Origin: Vulcanimicrobiota bacterium | GTDB lineage: Bacteria > Vulcanimicrobiota > Vulcanimicrobiia > Vulcanimicrobiales > Vulcanimicrobiaceae | Length of the DNA stretch: 64,000 nucleotides | NCBI GenBank assembly: GCA_003161435.1 | Contig: PMOS01000038.1 | Location: 36,605-100,604 of the forward strand | Reading direction: 5' to 3' | Shown: in pieces, positions 20,587 to 30,042 of the stretch | Layout: each line of letters begins with the position of its first letter | Numbering within the stretch: the stretch's first letter is position 1 | Position numbers and translations under genes: made by a program | The notes under the pieces: model-generated | Database searches by the model: none | The model's input: only the letters and a program-made list of their open reading frames with translations | Told to the model about the DNA's origin: nothing

Positions 20587-21252
20587 ATGGACCTCAACGG
20601 GCGGACGATGGTCATCAGGGTCGACGAAGCGACCCTGGGCACCGAGGGTGCGACGCTCTTTGGTGACCTCGTCTTTCTGGTGAACCTGGGGGTGCGGCCG
20701 GTCGTGGTCGCCCCGACGCAGGATGCGGCGCGAGCCCTCGTGCGCACGATGAATCGCAGCGGCGACACCGCGGTCGGGCTGTCGGGCGCCGATGCCGGAA
20801 TGATCCCATCGCGCGGTCAGAGCATCGGGAACGTCGACACGAAACTGCTGCGCACGCTGTTGGATGCCGGTTATCTGCCGGTGATCGAACCGCTCGCGTT
20901 CGGGTTCACCGGAAACGACGTCGCAGTCGCCGCCGACGAGGTGGCCGGGGCTCTGGCCAGCGCGGTCGGCGCCGCGCGGGCGATCTTCTTCAACGACCAG
21001 GGCGGCGTCGTCGACGCCAAGACGCGGCTGCTCGTCGACCAGCTCACGCCGGCCGAGGCACTGACCGTCGCCGACGATCCGACGGTGGCCGAGGACCTGC
21101 GGACCGCGGTTCGCGCAGCGGCGCTGGGCGTGCGGGGCGGCGTCGGTGCGGCGCAGATCTGCGACGGGCGCGTCGCGCACGCAGCGATCGTCGAGTTTCT
21201 GACGGCGCGTCATCTCGGTACGCAAGTGGCGGGTACGGTCTACACCGGATGA
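20587..21252 (+). CDS. Degenerate acetylglutamate kinase-like (amino-acid kinase fold) protein
   Basis: AVGLSGADA, GYLPVIEPL, ADEVAGALA, ICDGRVAHA..EFLT..GT resemble ArgB; the N-terminal K-x-G-G motif is absent. Confidence 0.65.
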   Translation: MDLNGRTMVIRVDEATLGTEGATLFGDLVFLVNLGVRPVVVAPTQDAARALVRTMNRSGDTAVGLSGADAGMIPSRGQSIGNVDTKLLRTLLDAGYLPVIEPLAFGFTGNDVAVAADEVAGALASAVGAARAIFFNDQGGVVDAKTRLLVDQLTPAEALTVADDPTVAEDLRTAVRAAALGVRGGVGAAQICDGRVAHAAIVEFLTARHLGTQVAGTVYTG

Positions 21253-22028
21253 ACCTGCGCGCTCTCGCCGCGCCCGTCGTCCTCGCGCTCACCCTCCCGC
21301 TGCTTGGCGCGGGCCCGCCGATCCCCGGCCTGCGCGCGAGTGGCACCGTCGTCTTCCAAGCCAACCTGCAGGGACAACCGCTCAACGTCGGCGGCAACGT
21401 CGCGCTCTATCACAAGGGCACCGCGTATCGGCTCGACCTGCTTTCGCTGGGCTTCCCCGGCGCAAGCAGCGACCTGAGCGCGCTGGCTTCGACCCTGCTC
21501 GGGCCGGGCGGCGTCACGATCCTCTACGACGGCACGACGGCCGGCATCACCGCGTGGTCGAGCGCGAACCGGACGTACTACGTCTCGAGTCCCCCCGCCG
21601 CACCCGTCGCGCCGGCAGCGGGCGCGTCCGCTCCTGGGGGCGGCGACCCGCTCGGCGCGCTTGCCGGCGTTGCAGCGGCGATGCGCGACGTGCAGAGCGC
21701 GACCATCCAGCTGGTCGGGCATAGCATCGTCAACGGTCACCCCGCCACCGAGTTGGACGTGCAGATGAAGCGTCAGCTCCCCGGCAAGGCACCGGAGAAC
21801 TATCACGCGCAGCTCGCGCTCGCCGACGATCTCGGCGGATTCCCGCTGCGCCTCACCTTGCAGAGCACGCCGGCGACGCCGACCGCACTCGGCGGCACGA
21901 TGAAGCTCGATCTCACCAGCGTGCAGGCCGCCGATCCCGACGACGCGATGTTCCGCATACCGCCCGGCTACACGCGCGTCAACTCGCTCTCCGGCGTCCT
22001 CGGCCACGCACTCCCAGGGTCTCAATAG
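21249..22028 (+). CDS. Secreted hypothetical protein (DUF4412/LolA-like fold possible)
   Basis: Signal peptide; C-terminal PDDAMFRIPPGY; ATGA overlap with the upstream gene. Confidence 0.6.
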   Translation: MNLRALAAPVVLALTLPLLGAGPPIPGLRASGTVVFQANLQGQPLNVGGNVALYHKGTAYRLDLLSLGFPGASSDLSALASTLLGPGGVTILYDGTTAGITAWSSANRTYYVSSPPAAPVAPAAGASAPGGGDPLGALAGVAAAMRDVQSATIQLVGHSIVNGHPATELDVQMKRQLPGKAPENYHAQLALADDLGGFPLRLTLQSTPATPTALGGTMKLDLTSVQAADPDDAMFRIPPGYTRVNSLSGVLGHALPGSQ

Positions 22029-22052
22029 CTGTTCGACCGCCGGACGATCCGC

Positions 22053-23321
22053 CTACTTCGCTGACGATAGTGCGGGGCTGCCGCCGGGGCACGGGTCCGC
22101 GGTGCCGGCCGCTTCGGCGATACGCCCGCCGAGCGCGGGCCGGTCGTCGAAGTACCAGCGGATCGTGCGGCGATCGCACAGCGGGACGAGATCGTCGTCG
22201 GCGTAGCGCACCATCGCCCGCACGGTCGCGGCACGGTCGTCCGTGGCGGCTAGCGCCGTTCGGTCGGCCCGCGTCTCGACGTTGCGCGCGTACCCGTTGT
22301 AGATCGGATACGTCACGACCAAGACGAGGCCGAGAAACGTCGCGACCAGCGCCAGGCGCGAGACCGCGTCGTCGTCGCGGCGGAATCCGACCCGGTCGCT
22401 GAGCAGCACCGCGATCGCCGCGCTGAGCACGAACAGCGCCACCGCCAGCAGCGTCTGCCGCAGCGGATCGCCGAAGCGTACGTGTGCGAGCGTCTGCGCG
22501 AGCACCACGCGCTGCTCGGGTGGCGTCATGTGGTCGAGCACGACGTCGCCGACCAGCGCGCGCGCGGTCGGACCGATCCCGGCTGCACGAGCGTTGAGCG
22601 CGTTGCTATGACGAGCGCTGGCGAGCAGCACGATCGGCGCCCCGGGAACGCCGATCCGCTGCGCGAGCGGAGCTGACAGCGCGACCAGCGCATTGGGCGT
22701 CGGCTTGTGCGGCATCCCGAACGGAACGAGCGGCGCGAGCGCGACGCTCGCGAGCGCGCCGGCCAAGATCGCACCGGCGACGATGAGGTACCAGAGGCGC
22801 GCCCGCTCGACCAGGGCCAGCACACCCGCGACGACGACCGCGCCGAGCAGAGCGTCCAACCCCACCCGCACGACATAGTCCAGGAACCATTGCGGCAACC
22901 GCTCGTCGGTGACGCCGGCGTTGAAGACGACGCGATAGCTCACCAACGCGAACGGTAACGCAGCGATCGGAGCGATCGCGCCGAGGATGGCGCCGAAGAC
23001 CGCGCGCTGCGCTGTCCGGTTTCGCGTGCGGCGGCGCATCATGTCGCGCAGACGTGCGGCTGCGCCCGAGCGCCAGAGCCACCAAAACGCGAGGATCTGC
23101 GCGATCCCCCAGCCGGCCGACGCGGCATGCCGCAAATCGGCGATTTTTCGCGCGCGCGTCTGCCGGCCGGCGTTGACCAATCCGGCAGGGTTGCGCGTGA
23201 GCAGCTGCTGAGTGGTGAGCGCGTCGACGCGCGCGTCGAGATTGCTGCGCGCCTGCGCGGTCTCGGTCCCGGCGAAGAGCAGCACGAGCGCGACCGACGC
23301 GGCCGTGACGAACCGGCGCAA
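22053..23321 (-). CDS. Ste24/M48 peptidase-like membrane protein with degenerate zinc motif
   Basis: Ste24-like TM layout (LPFALVSY, ERLPQWFLD, NARAAGIGPT); HExxH reads QTLAH; start approximate. Confidence 0.7.
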   Translation of the reverse strand: MRRFVTAASVALVLLFAGTETAQARSNLDARVDALTTQQLLTRNPAGLVNAGRQTRARKIADLRHAASAGWGIAQILAFWWLWRSGAAARLRDMMRRRTRNRTAQRAVFGAILGAIAPIAALPFALVSYRVVFNAGVTDERLPQWFLDYVVRVGLDALLGAVVVAGVLALVERARLWYLIVAGAILAGALASVALAPLVPFGMPHKPTPNALVALSAPLAQRIGVPGAPIVLLASARHSNALNARAAGIGPTARALVGDVVLDHMTPPEQRVVLAQTLAHVRFGDPLRQTLLAVALFVLSAAIAVLLSDRVGFRRDDDAVSRLALVATFLGLVLVVTYPIYNGYARNVETRADRTALAATDDRAATVRAMVRYADDDLVPLCDRRTIRWYFDDRPALGGRIAEAAGTADPCPGGSPALSSAK

Positions 23322-23337
23322 CGCGCCTAGTGCCCCA

Positions 23338-25542
23338 CTAACGGGACGCCGCGACCGGCGCCTCATCCGGGAACGTGGAGGCGTGCTCGTGAGGGAAGCG
23401 CTTGCGGTACTGTTCCCAGCCGCGGAAATTCCCCGACCATTCCGAAGCGTCGTCCAACGGCGTGGCAACGTGCTCGAAGGGCGACCAGTGCCCGTTCGCG
23501 CCGCCGCCGACGAGCCGTTCGTACAGCTCGATGTCCTTGGCATGATCGCGCGTCCCGTCGTGCGACAGGTACGAGACGCGCGCGCAGCGCGCGACGCTGA
23601 TATGGAGCCGATCGTCCGGCGAGAGCGCCGACTCCTCGTCGGGTAGGATCAGCGGCGTGTGCCATTCGCCGAGCCCGAGCGGACGCGGCGTGCTTCCCCG
23701 GTATGCGCGCAGCATGAGCCCTGCTATGTGGCTGATCTCGGGCTGCGCGTCCTCATGTGTGCGCTGCGTGAAGAAGTTCGCCCACTCGGTCGCGGTCAGG
23801 ATGACGGTGATCCACGCGAACGGCTCGAGGATGCGATTGACGAGCTGCTTGTGCAAGTTGATTCCGGGCTCCGTCAACCGCTCGGCGTGCCGGAGCGCAT
23901 CTTCGAGCGCACGTTTCCACTCAGTTTTGGCGAGCGCGCGCGTTGACTCGCCGATCTCCTCGCGCGCCTGCATCCCGCTCTGATTGCGTCCCCACCACAG
24001 CGGCATCGCCGGATCGCTGCGCACCGCGTCGATCATCTTGCGAATCGGAATTGCACGCGAACTGCCCGCGTTTCTCGAATTATGAACGATAAATCCGTTC
24101 GCGACGAAATTGTGGTCTGGTCCCACCACCTCTAGATCGTATGTCGGCCGCACGCCAGCGTACTCGATGGCAATGACGTCGACAAAATGGGCGATGCGTG
24201 TTCGCTTGGGAAGTGCCCGAAATTGACGCCGCACTCGCAATTCGCCCACCGCAGACCAAAACGACTCTAACGTGCGTCCATCTTCCACATGGTGCAGCAA
24301 GACAAGTTCAAGGTTTCGATGATGAAGCTCCCCATGGCACTCACTGCAAAGCGTTGTTAAATTAGAAAGGTCATAAGCTCTCGCCACATTATGCGCAACA
24401 GGATCGATGTGGTGCGTATGCAATTCTCGACCATCGCCGCAAAGTCTACACCGAAAACTGTTCGCTCGGTGCACCTTGAATGCTTGATCTGCGGTCCACC
24501 GGCCGATCATTTTGCGCTCAGGAGTTATCCCGCCGCGCCATAAGTGAGACGCTGCGCCACGCGGAACCTTGCTATGGCCGGGAAGGCCGCGGGTCTTGAG
24601 ATTGCTGTATAGTCGCCCCTTATTCCATGGCGGCTTCGTATGCGAGCGGCGCCACACTTCACTTATGTTTGTCGCTCGAATCCGGTAACGGCGAAATCGG
24701 TACTTTACCTGATCGGTCGATACGCCGAGCTGTTCCGCGATCATTGGAGCGCTCAAGCCCTTGTCACGCATCGCCTGCAACCAGGCCGGGTCGCGAAGTG
24801 CCTCGATTCCATTCACCGCCAAGCGTACTGGCCCGCGCCACGACGCTATGCCATTAGGCGAGAGCGTCAAGTCACTCGCCTCCCGCAGCGTTGACCAACC
24901 ATTGCTCGTAAGGAAACGATGGCCGGCGCTGGCCACGATCGACTTGCCGTCAGCGGTAGTCACCCGGTAGACGGGTTGGCTACCGCTAACGCAGACGTCT
25001 CGGACCTGTGTATGACCGATTAGACACGTCGACATGTCGCAGGACCGTAGATTCATGTTTGCCAGACGACTGCGGAGTGAATGGCGGCGATGCTCGCCTG
25101 AACCATTCACGTACGCAATCAAGTCGGAGCCGAGTATTTGGGTACGGCCGCGTGCGTCCATCACTCTCGGAACGCCGCGGCGCTGCGAAATCAAATTGAT
25201 CTGTGTGTAGTGCCGGTAGCCTAATGCACGTGCCGCCTCGCGTGAACCATATAAGCGATCCGCTTCAATCGCATCCGCACGACCAATCCGGCGCTTATGC
25301 GGTCGTGGTGCGGCACCAGAGTGCCACTTGTCGTGAAACTCCGCGATCGTCATCTTATACAGCTTTCCTTCGGCCTTGCCCGAAGGCAGATCAAAGTAGA
25401 GCTCCGTCTCGGCATCGAGACAAAATGCTCGATGCGTCATCATTTCGCTGTGGATGAAGCGCGGATAGCGGACTTCCATCGTGATGAGACGTACGCCCGT
25501 GGGCGAGACACTGTCCAGAAGAGTGCGCGCGAGGAACGGCAT
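23338..25542 (-). CDS. thyX: FAD-dependent thymidylate synthase ThyX precursor containing an intein
   Basis: Exteins join to RFIHSEMMTHRAF|SRNAGSSRAIP (ThyX motif); also HKQLVNRILEPF, AQPEI, ARCARVSY, HWSPFEH; spliced length 286 aa. Confidence 0.92.
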   Translation of the reverse strand: MPFLARTLLDSVSPTGVRLITMEVRYPRFIHSEMMTHRAFCLDAETELYFDLPSGKAEGKLYKMTIAEFHDKWHSGAAPRPHKRRIGRADAIEADRLYGSREAARALGYRHYTQINLISQRRGVPRVMDARGRTQILGSDLIAYVNGSGEHRRHSLRSRLANMNLRSCDMSTCLIGHTQVRDVCVSGSQPVYRVTTADGKSIVASAGHRFLTSNGWSTLREASDLTLSPNGIASWRGPVRLAVNGIEALRDPAWLQAMRDKGLSAPMIAEQLGVSTDQVKYRFRRYRIRATNISEVWRRSHTKPPWNKGRLYSNLKTRGLPGHSKVPRGAASHLWRGGITPERKMIGRWTADQAFKVHRANSFRCRLCGDGRELHTHHIDPVAHNVARAYDLSNLTTLCSECHGELHHRNLELVLLHHVEDGRTLESFWSAVGELRVRRQFRALPKRTRIAHFVDVIAIEYAGVRPTYDLEVVGPDHNFVANGFIVHNSRNAGSSRAIPIRKMIDAVRSDPAMPLWWGRNQSGMQAREEIGESTRALAKTEWKRALEDALRHAERLTEPGINLHKQLVNRILEPFAWITVILTATEWANFFTQRTHEDAQPEISHIAGLMLRAYRGSTPRPLGLGEWHTPLILPDEESALSPDDRLHISVARCARVSYLSHDGTRDHAKDIELYERLVGGGANGHWSPFEHVATPLDDASEWSGNFRGWEQYRKRFPHEHASTFPDEAPVAASR
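24079..25422 (-). mobile_element. Intein (448 aa) with HNH homing endonuclease
   Basis: Starts CLDAET, block B ASAGHRFLT, ends TYDLEVVGPDHNFVANGFIVHN followed by Ser; CRLC...HHID...NLTTLCSECH HNH; visibly lower GC than flanks. Confidence 0.93.
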
Positions 25543-25800
25543 GGATTAACCTTCGACGCTCCAAGAAGGAACCCTCAGGCGCCGGCAGATTTCAAATGAA
25601 AGCCTCACGTCCGTGGCGTACACGCGTCGGACCGAAGCGACGGGTTCGGCCACCCCTTACGCGCAACGTGTCGTGAAAAACGGCGGCATCAACCACTCGA
25701 GCGTTTTCGAGCCGACATCGGCGGCATGCACGTCAATTGGGCCAGCGACGAGAGTATGAGAGCTCCGTCGGGCGATCCGGTATGAGTAGCTCGTCGACCG

Positions 25801-26220
25801 TCAGGCGGCTACGTCGGCCGGCGCGAACAAGAGCTCGAACGTGACATCCGGACCATCGACGAAGACCTGCCGATCGCCGCTGCCTGGGACCTCTGTTTCG
25901 TGCGACGCGATCCCCAGCTCCCGCAGCTTTGCGATCGTCTCGCGATAACCGGTGCAGCGAAATGCGACGTGATCGACGCTGGCCGTCGCGATCGCGGCGG
26001 ACGGATCGCCCATCGACGCGTCGCCGACATGCGTGCGCTCTTTGTTCGCTGGGGAGCTGACGTGCACCACGGCGTGACCGTTCGCGTAGAGCCACGCGCC
26101 GGGCGTGCGAAAGGCCGGCCGCGGGCCCTCGTGCAGCCCCAGCACGCCGGTGAGGAACGCCGTCGTGCGCGGGATGTCGGCCGACAAGATGTTGACGTGG
26201 TCGAGGGTGGTGATGCTCAT
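25801..26220 (-). CDS. VOC/glyoxalase family protein
   Basis: LDHVNI, GAWLY, VDHVAF, QVFVDGPDVTFEL. Confidence 0.85.
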   Translation of the reverse strand: MSITTLDHVNILSADIPRTTAFLTGVLGLHEGPRPAFRTPGAWLYANGHAVVHVSSPANKERTHVGDASMGDPSAAIATASVDHVAFRCTGYRETIAKLRELGIASHETEVPGSGDRQVFVDGPDVTFELLFAPADVAA

Positions 26221-26359
26221 AGGCGTCCCGCTAGATTTCACGGGCGAGGCGCCCGGCCCTCGGTATCGGCCCCCGATTGGCCGTCCGCCGCGGTTACCTT
26301 GCCCGGCGAAGGCCAGGTGTCGCAAAGAGCGTCCCCCCAACCGCGTCGAATCAACGGAC

Positions 26360-27823
26360 ATGTGGAGCAAGGTCGTTCGGCCGACGAGCGTCGCCGAAGC
26401 GCTCGACGCGCTGGCGGCGCACGGGCCGAGCGCCCGTATCGTCGCGGGCGGTACCGACGTTCTGGTCGAGTTGCAACGCGGCGTCAAGCCGACGGCGACG
26501 CTGATCGACGTCTCGGCGCTGCGCGAGCTCAAGGACGTCCGCCAGGCCGGCGGCGGCGTTACGATCGGTGGCCTGGCAACCCACAATGACGTCTTGGCGG
26601 CACCGTTCGCGCGCGCGGCGATGCTCCCGCTCGCGCAAGCCTGCATCGAGGTCGGCGCCCCGCAGATCCGGGCTCGCGGTACGATCGCGGGGAACCTCGT
26701 CACCGCCTCACCCGCCAACGACACGATCGCTCCGCTGATCGCGCTCGACGCGGAGGTCGTCCTGGCCTCGCGGGGCGGTGAGCGAACGGTGGCGTTGCGC
26801 GATTTCTACACCGGCTTTCGCGCGACGCTGTTGCGCCCGGACGAGCTCGTGCGCGAGATCTGCTTCCGCGCGCTCGGCGGCAACCGCCGCGGGATCTTCC
26901 TCAAGCTCGGCTTGCGGCGGGCGCAGGCAATTTCCGTGATCGACATTGCGGTCGTGGTCACGCTGGACAGCGCCGGGCTCGCGCGCGACGCGCGCATCGC
27001 GCTCGGGTGCCTCGCCCCGACGGTCGTGCGCGCGGTGTCCGCCGAACGCTATCTCGAGGGCACGTCGCTCGACGAGACGACGTGCGCGCAAGCCGGGCGG
27101 ATCGCGTGCGACGATGCGGCGCCGATCGACGACGTCCGCGGCTCGGCGAACTATCGCCGTACCACGCTGGCCGGACTGATCGCGCGCGCGCTCGGGCGCA
27201 TCGCCGCGGGCCGCGAAGCCGACAGTTACCCCGAGGTACCGGTGCTGCTCCAGACGCCGGCGCGTACGAACGGCGCAACGGCCTTCGACACGCCGACCTT
27301 CGACGGGACGATCGCGACGACGATCAACGGCGTGCGCCGGACGCTGCGCGATGCGAGCTGCAAGACGTTGCTCGACGCGTTGCGCGAAGACGCGGGGCTG
27401 ACCGGCGCAAAGGAAGGCTGCGCCGAAGGCGAGTGCGGTGCGTGTACGGTGTGGCTCGACGGCGCCGCGGTGATGTCATGCCTGGTGCCCGCGTCGCAGG
27501 CGCACGGTGCGACGATCACCACGATCGAAGGGCTGGCCGACGGTGAGCGCCTGCACCCGCTCCAGCAAGCGTACATCGACTGCGGCGCGGTGCAATGCGG
27601 TTTCTGCATCCCCGGGATGATCATGGCCGGGGCCAAGCTGCTCGAGGAGCGCCGCGCGCCGTCGCTCGACGAGCACCAGGCCGCGATCAGCGGCAACCTC
27701 TGCCGCTGCACCGGCTACCGCAAGATCCTCGACGCGATGGAAGGCGCGGCGCGCGAACTGAGCGCGCACGAGCCCCTGCCCGAGACGATTCGCGCCCTTC
27801 GACGAGCTCAGGACAGGCTGTGA
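26360..27823 (+). CDS. Xanthine dehydrogenase family fused FAD-binding + 2x[2Fe-2S] subunit
   Basis: AGGTD, QIRARGTIAGNL, DDVRGSANYR, then GCAEGECGAC...C and QCGFC...CRC. Confidence 0.9.
   Translation: MWSKVVRPTSVAEALDALAAHGPSARIVAGGTDVLVELQRGVKPTATLIDVSALRELKDVRQAGGGVTIGGLATHNDVLAAPFARAAMLPLAQACIEVGAPQIRARGTIAGNLVTASPANDTIAPLIALDAEVVLASRGGERTVALRDFYTGFRATLLRPDELVREICFRALGGNRRGIFLKLGLRRAQAISVIDIAVVVTLDSAGLARDARIALGCLAPTVVRAVSAERYLEGTSLDETTCAQAGRIACDDAAPIDDVRGSANYRRTTLAGLIARALGRIAAGREADSYPEVPVLLQTPARTNGATAFDTPTFDGTIATTINGVRRTLRDASCKTLLDALREDAGLTGAKEGCAEGECGACTVWLDGAAVMSCLVPASQAHGATITTIEGLADGERLHPLQQAYIDCGAVQCGFCIPGMIMAGAKLLEERRAPSLDEHQAAISGNLCRCTGYRKILDAMEGAARELSAHEPLPETIRALRRAQDRL
27793..27817 (-). 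repeat. REP-like element inside the 3' end of the FAD/FeS subunit gene
   Basis: Reverse complement CCTGTCCTGAGCTCGTCGAAGGGCG shares 20 identical nt with 34791-34810. Confidence 0.7.
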
Positions 27824-30018
27824 CCCTGATCGGCAGTCCGGTCGCGCGCCCTGATGCTCGCGCAAAGGTCACCGGCGCTGCGATGTACCCGGCCGACCTG
27901 GTGCGGCGCGAGATGCTCCACTGCAAAGCCGTGTTCGCCCACCGGGCGCACGCCGCGATCCTTCGCATCGACACGGCACGCGCGGCGGCGCTGCCCGGTG
28001 TGGTCGCGGTTCTGCTGGCGCGCGACGTGCCGTACAATCGCTACGGTCTGATCGACGCCGATCAAGAAGTGCTGTGCAGCGAGCGCGTCCGCTACGTCGG
28101 CGACCGCGTCGCGCTCGTGATCGCGCAGGACCCGCGCACGGCGTCGATCGCGGCCGGGCTGGTCGAGGTCGAGTACGAGGATCTGCCGATCGTCGGCGAC
28201 GCGCTGGCTGCGCTGGAGCCCGATGCGCCGCTCGTCCATCCCGCGCACGGAACGAACGTTCTGCTGCACCAGAAGATTCGCAAGGGCGACGTCGGGGCTG
28301 CCTTCGCGCAGGCCGATCTCGTGCTCTCCGGGACGTTCACCACGTCATGGCAAGAGCACGCGTACCTGCAGCCCGACGCGGGGATCGCGTACTACGAAGG
28401 TGAGACGCTGATCGTCGAGACCGCGGGCCAGTGGCTGCACGAAGACCTGCGCCAGATCGCGGCGATGCTGTGCTTGGGCGACGGCGCGGTCGCGATCCGG
28501 TACGCGAAGATCGGTGGCGCGTTCGGCGGCCGTGAGGACCTCTCCGTGCAGCCGCTGCTCGCGCTGGCGACGTGGTACACGAAACGACCGGCGGCGATCG
28601 TGTGGAACCGCGAGGAGTCGATCGTCGGGCATCACAAGCGGCACCCGTTCCACATCACGACGAAATGGGGCGCGAAGCGCGACGGCACGATCGTCGCGGT
28701 CGAGACGCGAACCGTCGCCGACGGCGGGGCGTACGCCTCGACCAGCGTCGAAGTGCTCAAGTGCGCGACGATCTTCGCGCAAGGACCCTACCGGATCGCG
28801 AACGTCGCGACCGACGGTTTCGTCGTCTACACGAACAACGTTCCGAGCGGCGCGTTCCGCGGTTTCGGCACGCCCCAGGCGCACTGGGCCGCCGAGTCGA
28901 TGATCACCCGGATCGCGCACGCGCTCGAGATCGACCCGGCCGACATTCGCCGCAAGAACCTGTACCGCGAGGGTGACACCGAGGCGACCGGCAACGTGCT
29001 GCCGCGCGGGGTGAGCGCGCTGGCGGTGCTCGAGCGGTGCGCTGCCGAGATGCGCGCGCGATTCGCGCCGCGCGGTCCGCAGGATCTCGACTCGCCATTC
29101 CGCCGTGGGGTCGGCGTCGCCAGCGGGATCAAGAACGTCGGTTATTCGTTCGGGTTTCCGGAACAGTCGACGGCGACCGTCGAGCTCGTCGCGACGAAAC
29201 GCATCGAACGCGCGGTCGTGCGCATCGGCGCCGCCGACGTCGGTCAGGGCGTGCACTTGATCCTACGGCAGATCGTCGCCGAGACGCTCGAGCTCGCGCT
29301 CGACGCGGTCGCGATCGTGACCGACGACAGCGCGCTCACGCCCGACGCGGGTTCGGCCTCCGCGTCGCGGATGACCCTGATGGGCGGCCGCGCCGTTCAC
29401 GACGCCGCGCTCGCGGCACGCGCGGCCTGGGAGCGCGGCGAGGCGCCCGAGGCGACGGTCCAGTATCGCCCGCCCGCTACGACGCGGCTCGACCTCGAGA
29501 CGGGCGCGGGGACGCCGAACTATTGCTACGGCTACTCGGCGCAAGGCGTCGAGGTGGAGGTCGACGTGACGACCGGCGTCACGCGCGTCACGCGCATCAT
29601 CAGCGTGCACGACGTCGGGCGCGCGATCAACCGCCAACAGGTCGAAGCGCAGATCGAAGGCTGCCTCGCGCAAGCCGTCGGGTACGCGCTCACCGAGAAT
29701 TTCAAGGTGCGCGACGGCAAGATCCTCACGCCGTACTTCTCTACGTATCTGCTGCCGACCACGCTCGACATGCCGACCGACATCGTCCCCGTCATCGTCG
29801 AGCTGGCCGACCCGAACGGTGCCTTCGGCGCGCGCGGCGTCGCCGAGATGCCCCTCGTCCCGTTCGCCCCCGCCGTTGCCGCCGCGATCTACGACGCGAC
29901 TGGAGCGTGGGTCAGCGACCTGCCGATGACCCCCGAGCGCATCCTTGCCGCCATTACCAGCGCGAAGGAGCGCACCGCCGCGGCCGCGGAGTCCGCCGTC
30001 TTTCTGGCACCTTCTTAG
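27820..30018 (+). CDS. Xanthine dehydrogenase family molybdopterin-binding subunit
   Basis: KVTGAAMY, GGAFGGRE, AFRGFGTPQ, GSASASR, GARGVAE; GTGA overlap. Confidence 0.92.
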   Translation: MTLIGSPVARPDARAKVTGAAMYPADLVRREMLHCKAVFAHRAHAAILRIDTARAAALPGVVAVLLARDVPYNRYGLIDADQEVLCSERVRYVGDRVALVIAQDPRTASIAAGLVEVEYEDLPIVGDALAALEPDAPLVHPAHGTNVLLHQKIRKGDVGAAFAQADLVLSGTFTTSWQEHAYLQPDAGIAYYEGETLIVETAGQWLHEDLRQIAAMLCLGDGAVAIRYAKIGGAFGGREDLSVQPLLALATWYTKRPAAIVWNREESIVGHHKRHPFHITTKWGAKRDGTIVAVETRTVADGGAYASTSVEVLKCATIFAQGPYRIANVATDGFVVYTNNVPSGAFRGFGTPQAHWAAESMITRIAHALEIDPADIRRKNLYREGDTEATGNVLPRGVSALAVLERCAAEMRARFAPRGPQDLDSPFRRGVGVASGIKNVGYSFGFPEQSTATVELVATKRIERAVVRIGAADVGQGVHLILRQIVAETLELALDAVAIVTDDSALTPDAGSASASRMTLMGGRAVHDAALAARAAWERGEAPEATVQYRPPATTRLDLETGAGTPNYCYGYSAQGVEVEVDVTTGVTRVTRIISVHDVGRAINRQQVEAQIEGCLAQAVGYALTENFKVRDGKILTPYFSTYLLPTTLDMPTDIVPVIVELADPNGAFGARGVAEMPLVPFAPAVAAAIYDATGAWVSDLPMTPERILAAITSAKERTAAAAESAVFLAPS

Positions 30019-30042
30019 CGGCAGCGGACCTTCGGTAATGCA

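Noticed and set aside
25543-25800. Short ORF or riboswitch upstream of thyX
   Set aside because: Only a 26-codon ORF without RBS; no recognisable riboswitch consensus
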